Shown: positions 18,970 to 25,902 of the stretch, piece by piece
Numbering within the stretch: the first letter of the stretch is position 1
How the letters are laid out: the number at the start of each line of letters is the position of its first letter
From: Rhodanobacteraceae bacterium
GTDB lineage: Bacteria > Pseudomonadota > Gammaproteobacteria > Xanthomonadales > Rhodanobacteraceae
Assembly: GCA_025928585.1 (NCBI GenBank)
Contig: JAICJG010000001.1
Span: 548 to 64,547, forward strand
Reading direction: 5' to 3'
DNA length: 64,000 nt
Notes under the pieces: model-generated
Told to the model about the DNA's origin: nothing
Databases searched by the model: none
The model's input: only the letters and a program-made list of their open reading frames with translations
Translations under genes and position numbers: made by a program

Positions 18970-20328
18970 CTAGCCGCCGCCGGGTTCGGCGTCGTCCCCG
19001 CTATCGGGCCCCGCCAGCGGCGTGATTGCCACCTTGTCGATCCGCACGCCGTCCAGATCCACCACCTCGAATTTCCATTGGCGCCAGATGGTGCTCTCGG
19101 CGACGTCGGGAATGCGGCCGAACATCTCGATCAGCATTCCGGCGAGGGTGTAGTAGTCACCGTCCTTCTCATTCGGCAACTCGTCCAGTTGCAGCAGTTC
19201 GCGAAGGTCGTCGGCCGACAGCGCGCCATCGACCAGCCAGCTTCCATCGTCGCGCCGGACCGCCGAGCTGCCGTGCGAGACAGCACCGTCCGCGTGGGTC
19301 GTCCGGCCGACGACGGCATTCAGCACGTCGTTCAAGGTCACCAGCCCCTCGATGTCGCCGTATTCGTCCACGACCAGCGCGAACGGCATCCCGGCGTCGC
19401 GAAATTCATCGAGGATGCCGAGCGCGCGCGCGGTGGCCGGTACGAACAACGGCTTCGCGAGCTTGCGGAACAGGTCCGGCTTCGCCGGCGCCATGCCCTT
19501 GCGCGGGTCCTGCGACAGCGCCTGGAGCAGGCTCTTGACCTCCAATACGCCGAGCACCTCGTCCTCGTCCGCGCGGTATACCGGATACCGCGAATAGGGG
19601 GTCGCGTGCATCACGGCGAGGTTCTCCTCGAGCGGGGCGGCGGCATCCAGCCACGCGATGCGCGGACGCGGCGTCATCAGGCTGTCGACGGAGCGGTCGC
19701 CCAGCCTGAGCACCCGGTTGACCATGTTGCGTTCATCCGTGTCCAGCACGCCCTGCTCGGCGCCTTCGGCCACCAGCATGCGGATCTCTTCCTCGCTGAC
19801 CTGCTCGCGGCGGACGCGGTGCACCCTGAGCAATCGCAACACCAGGTCCGACAGGAAGCTCAGCAACCATACGAACGGCGCCATCAGCCACGACAGCACC
19901 TGCATCGGGAACGCGACCACCTGCGCGATCCGCTCGGGTGCTATGAGTGCCACTCGCTTGGGCACCAGTTCGCCGACCGTGATGTTGATCGTGGTGACCA
20001 GGATGAAACCCAGCAGCAGCCCGATCACCAGCGAGGCGTTCGCGGAGGCGGCCAGGCCGAGGCCGGCGAGCCATCGCCGGATCGTGTCGCTGATTGCCGT
20101 GCCGGTGGCAGCGCCGGTGATCAGGGTGATCACGGTGATCCCGACCTGCACCGTGGACAGGAAGCGGTCCGGGTGCATCGCCAGCCGCAGGGCGATCTGC
20201 GCCCGCGCGCTGCGCCGGGCCATGTAGCGCAGCCGGCTCTTGCGCGAGGCAATCAGTGCGATTTCGGCGAGCGCGAAGAACGCGTTGCCCAGCGCCAGCA
20301 GCAGCACCAGGCCGAGGTCGGTCAGCAT
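18970..20328 (-). CDS. CNNM/DUF21-CBS-CorC_HlyC family membrane protein (hemolysin-like, TlyC family)
   Basis: The N-terminal DUF21 TM region is MLTDLGLVLLLALGNAFFALAEIALIASR...VGELVPKR. A CBS pair and the CorC_HlyC C-terminal domain follow. Confidence 0.88.
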   Translation of the reverse strand: MLTDLGLVLLLALGNAFFALAEIALIASRKSRLRYMARRSARAQIALRLAMHPDRFLSTVQVGITVITLITGAATGTAISDTIRRWLAGLGLAASANASLVIGLLLGFILVTTINITVGELVPKRVALIAPERIAQVVAFPMQVLSWLMAPFVWLLSFLSDLVLRLLRVHRVRREQVSEEEIRMLVAEGAEQGVLDTDERNMVNRVLRLGDRSVDSLMTPRPRIAWLDAAAPLEENLAVMHATPYSRYPVYRADEDEVLGVLEVKSLLQALSQDPRKGMAPAKPDLFRKLAKPLFVPATARALGILDEFRDAGMPFALVVDEYGDIEGLVTLNDVLNAVVGRTTHADGAVSHGSSAVRRDDGSWLVDGALSADDLRELLQLDELPNEKDGDYYTLAGMLIEMFGRIPDVAESTIWRQWKFEVVDLDGVRIDKVAITPLAGPDSGDDAEPGGG

Positions 20329-20442
20329 TCAGCCCAAAGCCGGGCGGGAGGATCCATCCCGGAAGTTTAGCAAGCGATGGCGGGGTTCGCGCCTGCGCGT
20401 CGCTCGTGTACCATTTCCGGGGTTTTGCACGGATGAGCGGCC

Positions 20443-21072
20443 ATGTTTTCCCTACAGACGATGTTCGGCAAGGGCGACCGCTTCTATGACCTCCTGGAAG
20501 CAAGCGCCGGCGCCGCACGCGACGGCGCGAAGGCATTGCAGGGCCTGCTGGAGGCGCACGGCGAGCCAATGCTGCTGGACGGCTTCCGGGCCGCGCGCCG
20601 GCGCGAGAAGGATCTCGCCGCGCAAATCAGCGAGGCGCTGGTCAACACCTTCGTCACCGCGCTCGATCGCGAGGACATCGAGGCGATGTCGTCCGCGCTG
20701 TACCGCATCCCCAAGACCGTTGAAAAGTTCGCGGAACGCTACGCCATCGTGGCCAAGCGAGTGGAGGGCATCGACTTCGCCTCGCGTGCCAGCCTGCTGA
20801 TGAGTGCTACCGATGGCGTCGCGGAGATGGTGCGCGAGCTGCGTAACGGCATGAACATCGGACGCATGCGCAAGCTGCAGGATCGCCTGCAGGCGGTCGA
20901 ATCGGAAGCCGACCGGTTGCTACTGGAGCCCTATCGCGCCCTTTACCTCGGCAGCGACGATCCGATCCGCATGATGCTGGCCAAGGACCTGTTCGAATTG
21001 CTGGAAAAAGCCGTCGATCGTTGCCGGGATGTCGGCAACGTGATTTATTCAATTGTGCTGAAGAATTCGTGA
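20443..21072 (+). CDS. DUF47 (PhoU-like) phosphate-transport regulator, Pit accessory protein
   Basis: Contains MFGKGDRFYDLLE...REKDLAAQISEALVNTFVTALDREDIEAMSSALYRIPKTVEKFAERY...AVESEADRL...DLFELLEKAVDRCRDVGNVI. This is the classic DUF47 helical-repeat pattern, and it lies upstream of pit. Confidence 0.85.
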   Translation: MFSLQTMFGKGDRFYDLLEASAGAARDGAKALQGLLEAHGEPMLLDGFRAARRREKDLAAQISEALVNTFVTALDREDIEAMSSALYRIPKTVEKFAERYAIVAKRVEGIDFASRASLLMSATDGVAEMVRELRNGMNIGRMRKLQDRLQAVESEADRLLLEPYRALYLGSDDPIRMMLAKDLFELLEKAVDRCRDVGNVIYSIVLKNS

Positions 21073-21195
21073 GCGGCTTCGGTTTCGTGCGATCCTGGCA
21101 TGCTTCCAGAACCCCCGCGCAGGCTTGCTGCGCAAGCCCGCGTCGCCCCCTTGACTCAAGGGGGCAGAAAGAAGGTGCTGAAGAATTCGTGAGCG
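21055..21195 (+). repeat. Two perfect 21-bp direct repeats (GTGCTGAAGAATTCGTGAGCG at 21055-21075 and 21175-21195) flanking a 99-bp hairpin-rich insert
   Basis: Read directly from the sequence. Copy 1 contains the last four sense codons and the stop of the DUF47 gene. The insert carries the palindrome cccccttga-c-tcaaggggg (21146-21164). Confidence 0.9.
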
Positions 21196-21311
21196 CAGGG
21201 AGCAGGGGAGAGGGAGCAGGGAGCAGGGAAATGCGCGGTGAAACGTTCTCGCGTCAGGTCGCTGCCGAAGCGCCCCCTGCTTTTTGCTGCTCTCTGCTCC
21301 CTGCTTCCTGC
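21196..21311. repeat. G-rich tandem octamers (GGAGCAGG-like x4, 21196-21230) with a complementary C-rich segment (ctgctccctgc, about 21288-21311) just upstream of pit
   Basis: Read directly. gcagggagcag and ctgctccctgc are perfect 11-nt complements separated by about 60-80 nt. Confidence 0.6.
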
Positions 21312-21325
21312 GCGGAACGCGCCGC

Positions 21326-22450
21326 ATGAGCCTCAGCCTGCTCGTCGCCGTCATCGGGATCGCGTTGGTGTTCACCTACATCAACGGATTCCACGACACC
21401 GCCAATTCCATCGCGACGGTGGTTGCGACCAAGGTGCTGTCGCCGGGACAGGCGGTGCTGCTGGCGGCGGCGACGAATCTGGGCGGGGCACTGGTCGGTT
21501 CGGCGGTGGCCGTGACCATCGCCACGGGCCTGATCGATGCAGGCGTGCTGCAGGTGGGCGGAGAGGTGCTGATCTGCGCGCTGGTCGGCGCGATCGTGTG
21601 GAACCTGATGACGTGGTGGTGGGGTCTGCCGTCGTCGTCGTCGCATGCCCTGATTGGCGGCCTGTGCGGCGCCGCGTTTGCCGCTTCCGACGGCAACTTC
21701 CACGCGATCATCTGGGCCACCGATCCCGACCAATGGTGGCACGGCGGCGGCATGATCCCGAAGGTGATCGTGCCAATGATCGCCTCGCCGATTGCGGGGT
21801 TCGCGCTGGGTATCGTCGTGATGGGAGCGTTGCTCGCGCTGTTCGCATGGTTCGGCAATCGTACCGGGTACCTGCGCCGGTTCGGCCGCACCCCTTTCGT
21901 GAACTTCTTGTTCGGCAAGGCGCAGTTGTTGTCGGCCACGGCGATGGGCGTGTCGCACGGCATGAACGACGCGCAGAAGACCATGGGCATCATCGCGCTG
22001 GCCCTCGCCAGCGCCACCGCGGCGCACAATTTCGATCACCTGCCGGCGTGGCTGCACTTCCTGCGGGTGTCCGACGCCGGTGGCCATTTCCCGATCCCGG
22101 TGTGGGTGAAGGTGCTGTGTGCGCTGGTGATGGCGGCAGGCACCGCTGGCGGCGGCTGGCGCATCATCAAGACGCTGGGGCACAAGATGGTCAAGTTGCA
22201 CCCGATCAACGGGTTTGCCGCGGAAACCAGCTCCGCGGCGGTGATCATCGTGGCATCGATGTTCGGGCTTCCTGTGTCCACCACCCACGTGGTCTCTTCC
22301 TCGATCATGGGTGTCGGCGCTTCCAAACGTGCCAACGCAGTGCGCTGGACCGTGGTCGAGCGCATGGTGTGGTCGTGGATCCTCACGTTGCCGATCAGCG
22401 CGTTTATCGCCTGGGTGCTGGTGGAGCTTACCCGCCCGCTGTGGGCATAG
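21326..22450 (+). CDS. pit: PiT-family inorganic phosphate transporter
   Basis: ATG at 21326. Contains MSLSLLVAVIGIALVFTYINGFHDTANSIATVVATKVLSP and the second-half repeat GVSHGMNDAQKTMGIIALAL. Confidence 0.92.
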   Translation: MSLSLLVAVIGIALVFTYINGFHDTANSIATVVATKVLSPGQAVLLAAATNLGGALVGSAVAVTIATGLIDAGVLQVGGEVLICALVGAIVWNLMTWWWGLPSSSSHALIGGLCGAAFAASDGNFHAIIWATDPDQWWHGGGMIPKVIVPMIASPIAGFALGIVVMGALLALFAWFGNRTGYLRRFGRTPFVNFLFGKAQLLSATAMGVSHGMNDAQKTMGIIALALASATAAHNFDHLPAWLHFLRVSDAGGHFPIPVWVKVLCALVMAAGTAGGGWRIIKTLGHKMVKLHPINGFAAETSSAAVIIVASMFGLPVSTTHVVSSSIMGVGASKRANAVRWTVVERMVWSWILTLPISAFIAWVLVELTRPLWA

Positions 22451-22484
22451 GTTTGCGAAGGGCCGGCCGCGCTAGACTGCGCGC

Positions 22485-23438
22485 GTGAACGTTCCCTCTG
22501 TGCACGACGACAAGGCGGCGCGCGACGACAAGCTGGTCGTCGCGATTTCCTCGCGCGCGCTGTTCGACCTCACCGAATCGCACGCCCTGTTCGAACGGGA
22601 AGGGCTGGAGGCGTACCGGGCCTACCAGATCGCCCACGAGAACGACGTCCTCGGGCCGGGCGTGGCGTTCCCGGTGGTCAGGAAGCTGCTGGCGCTGAAC
22701 CGGCCCGAACCCGACGTCCCGTACGTGGAGGTGATCCTGCTGTCGCGGAATTCCGGCGACACAGGCCTCCGCATCTTCAATTCGATCCAGCATTACGGTC
22801 TCGCGATCACCCGCGCGGCTTTCACGTCGGGCGAGGCGACCAGCGAATACATCGCGCCGTTCGCCGTGGACCTGTTCCTGTCCGCGAACGCGGAGAACGT
22901 CGCGCGCGCGCTGCGTTCGGGCGTCGCGGCCGCGACGATCCTGCCTTCGCAGATGCACGACGCCCACTCCCAGCAGTTGCGGATCGCCTTCGATGGCGAC
23001 GCGGTGATCTTCAGCGACGACTCCGAGCGCCTGTCGCAGGAGCAGGGCATCGAGGCGTTCCACCGCAACGAATCCGAGCGCTGGGACGAGCCGCTTCCCG
23101 GCGGCCCGTTTCGCGGGTTCCTCGCGGCCCTGCATCGCCTGCAGGCGGCGTTTCCGCCCGAGAACGCGCCGATCCGCACGGCCCTCGTCACTGCCCGTTC
23201 GGCACCCGCGCACAAGCGCGTGATCCTGACCCTGCGCCAGTGGGGTGTGCGCATCGACGAGGCGCTGTTCCTCGGCGGCCGCGACAAAGGTCCGTTCCTC
23301 GAAGCGTTCGGCGCGGACCTCTTCTTCGACGACTCGCCGGTCAACGTCGAGTCGGCGCGCCGCCACGTCGCGACCGGGCATGTGCCGCACGGGGTTTCGA
23401 ACCCGCGGGACCCGGGACCGGGGACCCCGGACCGCTAG
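22485..23438 (+). CDS. 5'-nucleotidase family protein (pfam06189-like)
   Basis: GTG at 22485. Contains LVVAISSRALFDL, VILLSRNSGDTGLRIFNSI, RIAFDGDAVIFSDDSE and ALVTARSAPAHKRVILTLRQWGVRIDEALFLGG. The tail NPRDPGPGTPDR is encoded by a repeat arm. Confidence 0.7.
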   Translation: MNVPSVHDDKAARDDKLVVAISSRALFDLTESHALFEREGLEAYRAYQIAHENDVLGPGVAFPVVRKLLALNRPEPDVPYVEVILLSRNSGDTGLRIFNSIQHYGLAITRAAFTSGEATSEYIAPFAVDLFLSANAENVARALRSGVAAATILPSQMHDAHSQQLRIAFDGDAVIFSDDSERLSQEQGIEAFHRNESERWDEPLPGGPFRGFLAALHRLQAAFPPENAPIRTALVTARSAPAHKRVILTLRQWGVRIDEALFLGGRDKGPFLEAFGADLFFDDSPVNVESARRHVATGHVPHGVSNPRDPGPGTPDR

Positions 23439-23565
23439 GGCCCCGCATTCGAGCCGCAGGCGTGCGGGTGGGACCGGGTCTTGCGGGTTTCTCCGATGCG
23501 CGGGCGCTTCGAACCTCCGGGTGCGGATTCGGGCGCGGGTCTCCTGTCCCGGGTCCCGAGTCCCG
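23405..23565. repeat. MITE/REP-like element, about 161 bp, with GGGACC-rich inverted ends (copy 2)
   Basis: The left arm is cgggacccgggaccggggaccccggacc (23405-23432). The right arm is gtcccgggtcccgagtcccg (23546-23565). The inner block cgatgcgcgg(gc)gcttc is shared with copy 1. Confidence 0.6.
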
Positions 23566-23604
23566 ATACAATCGCAGGCTTGCTCGCATCTAACGGAAGT
23601 CAGC

Positions 23605-24777
23605 ATGCCCGCCGCTCGTTCGAACCCCCTCGATCTGTACGATGTCCGCGCCGCGCTTTCCGAGGAGGAGCGGATGGTGCAGGATTCGGTGGCGCGCTTC
23701 GTCGACGACCGGGTGTTGCCGATCATCGGCGACTGCTTCGACCAGGCGCGCTTCCCGGCCGAGCTGATTCCCGAAATCGCGTCGCTCGGCCTGCTCGGTG
23801 CGACGATTCCGGAGGAGTACGGCGGCGCGGGCATGAACCAGGTGAGCTACGGCCTGATCTGCCAGGAACTCGAGCGCGGCGATTCGGGCCTGCGCAGTTT
23901 CGCTTCGGTGCAATCGTCGCTCGTGATGTATCCCATCTTTGCCTTCGGCAGCGAGGAACAAAAACGCGAATACCTGCCGAAGATGGCGGCGGGCGAGGTA
24001 ATCGGCTGCTTCGGCCTGACCGAGCCGCACGGCGGCTCCGACCCGGCCAACATGAAGACGGTTGCCAGAAAAGATGGCGACGACTGGGTGATCAATGGTT
24101 CGAAGATGTGGATCACCAACGGAAATCTTGCGCACGTCGCACTGGTGTGGGCGAAGACCGAAGACGGCATCCGGGGTTTTCTGGTTCCCACGCAGGCCAA
24201 AGGTTTCGCCGCGCAGGAAGTCCACAAAAAGATGAGCCTGCGCGCCTCGGTCACCAGCGCGCTGTTCCTGGACGACGTGCGCGTGCCGGCGAGCGCGATG
24301 CTGCCGAACGTGAAGGGGCTCCGGGGTCCGTTGAGCTGCCTCGACTCGGCGCGTTTCGGCATCAGTTGGGGCCCGATCGGCGCGGCGCAGGCGTGCCTCG
24401 AGGAAGTGCTGGACTACACCCGGGAGCGCGTGCTGTTCGGTCGCCCGCTGGCCGCCAACCAGGCGGTGCAGTTGCGCCTGGCCGACGTTGCCCGCCGCAT
24501 CACCACCGCGCAACTGCTGGCGCTGCAACTGGGCCGGCTCAAAGACGCCGGCAAGTTGCATCCCACCCAGATTTCACTGGCGAAGTGGAACAACGTGCGG
24601 ATGGCGCTGGATGTCGCGCGGGAATGCCGCGACATTTTGGGCGGTGCCGGGATCACGACCGAGCACGTGGCGATCCGCCACGCGCTGAACCTCGAGTCGG
24701 TGGTGACCTACGAAGGCACGCAGACGGTGCACCAGCTCGTGGTCGGCCGCGAGCTCACCGGGATCAATGCGTTTTAG
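23605..24777 (+). CDS. gcdH: Glutaryl-CoA dehydrogenase (acyl-CoA dehydrogenase family)
   Basis: ATG at 23605 (MPAARSNPLDLYDVRAALSEEERMVQDSVARFV). Contains GCFGLTEPHGGSDP, WITNG and YEGTQTVHQLVVGRELTGINAF. Confidence 0.9.
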   Translation: MPAARSNPLDLYDVRAALSEEERMVQDSVARFVDDRVLPIIGDCFDQARFPAELIPEIASLGLLGATIPEEYGGAGMNQVSYGLICQELERGDSGLRSFASVQSSLVMYPIFAFGSEEQKREYLPKMAAGEVIGCFGLTEPHGGSDPANMKTVARKDGDDWVINGSKMWITNGNLAHVALVWAKTEDGIRGFLVPTQAKGFAAQEVHKKMSLRASVTSALFLDDVRVPASAMLPNVKGLRGPLSCLDSARFGISWGPIGAAQACLEEVLDYTRERVLFGRPLAANQAVQLRLADVARRITTAQLLALQLGRLKDAGKLHPTQISLAKWNNVRMALDVARECRDILGGAGITTEHVAIRHALNLESVVTYEGTQTVHQLVVGRELTGINAF

Positions 24778-24879
24778 GGGTGGTCGTCCGCGATCACGAG
24801 CGGAGGACGGGGTCTGGGTGCGTTCGCAAAAGTGCACTCTGGCCCCGATTCTGATGGGTCGGCAGGGCAGGAGATTGAG

Positions 24880-25317
24880 ATGAAACTTCGCACGAAGATT
24901 TTCGCCTGTGTGGCAGCGGGTGCAATGCTGGTTTGCGGAAGCGCCGCGGCCGCGATCGACGCCAACGAGGTGCACCTCGCGCTGACTTCGCTGCGGCTCG
25001 CGCTCGTCAAGATCGGCGTCGCCAACGCCATGTTGTCCAACGCGACACCACCCTCGAGCAATGCCGAGGCGCACGTGGCCCCGGCCAACCAGCTCGACAG
25101 CGACGAGATCCGCTCGATCCTCGTGAGCAAGGGCGGCGTGATCAACGTATATCTCAAGCCGGAGGCGGGCGTCGAGGGCGGCATCCTCCAGCTGGTACCG
25201 GCGATCGCCACTGGCACGGACGGGAAAAGGGGCGTGCGCTACACCTGCTACAGCCCGAACATCCCGGATATCGCGCAGGCGGCGCCGGAGTGCAGCTACC
25301 GTCCGCCGTCGAAGTAG
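24880..25317 (+). CDS. Secreted hypothetical protein with a type IV pilin head-domain-like sequence but a Sec-type signal peptide
   Basis: ATG at 24880, preceded by GGCAGGAG. The signal peptide is MKLRTKIFACVAAGAMLVCGSAAAA. The mature part resembles a pilin globular domain and ends in a Cys-x14-Cys loop (RYTCYSPNIPDIAQAAPECSY). Confidence 0.6.
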   Translation: MKLRTKIFACVAAGAMLVCGSAAAAIDANEVHLALTSLRLALVKIGVANAMLSNATPPSSNAEAHVAPANQLDSDEIRSILVSKGGVINVYLKPEAGVEGGILQLVPAIATGTDGKRGVRYTCYSPNIPDIAQAAPECSYRPPSK

Positions 25318-25324
25318 CGCAGCG

Positions 25325-25891
25325 ATGACGACAGCCATGCCGTGCCCCGAACCCGTGCTGGAAACGGAGCGGTTGCTTTTGCGGCCGCCCCAGCGGGAGG
25401 ATTACGCGGGGTGGGCTGCATTGGGCAGGGACGAGGAGGCCATGCGCCACCTCGGCGGTACCAAAACGGCGTTCGATTCGTGGCGGCATTTCCTGGCGAA
25501 CGTCGGTTCCTGGCACGTCCTCGGCTTCGGTCCGTTCTCGGTGATCCGCAAGGCGGACGGCCACTGGATCGGCCGGATCGGTCCGTTGCGCCCGGAAGGC
25601 TGGCCCGGCAACGAGATTGGCTGGACGCTCGCGCGCGAAGCGTGGGGGCAAGGTTATGCGACGGAAGCCGCGAGCGCGGCGGCCGACTGGGCATTCGCGG
25701 TGCTGGGTTGGGACGAAATGATCCACTGCATCGCGCCGGACAATCACGCTTCGCAGGCTGTCGCGAAAAGGCTCGGATCGAGCCGACGCGGCCCCGGCCG
25801 AATGCCCGCGCCGCACGACCAGGAAGCGATCGACATCTGGGGCCAGACACGCGGGGAATGGTTCGCGCGCCGCGCCCCCCGCACCGCTTGA
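25325..25891 (+). CDS. GNAT-family N-acetyltransferase (RimJ/RimL-like)
   Basis: Contains LETERLLLRPPQREDYAGW...IGRIG...EIGWTLAREAWGQGYATEAASAAADWAF...IAPDNHASQAVAKRLG. Confidence 0.85.
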   Translation: MTTAMPCPEPVLETERLLLRPPQREDYAGWAALGRDEEAMRHLGGTKTAFDSWRHFLANVGSWHVLGFGPFSVIRKADGHWIGRIGPLRPEGWPGNEIGWTLAREAWGQGYATEAASAAADWAFAVLGWDEMIHCIAPDNHASQAVAKRLGSSRRGPGRMPAPHDQEAIDIWGQTRGEWFARRAPRTA

Positions 25892-25902
25892 ATCCATCGG
25901 AC

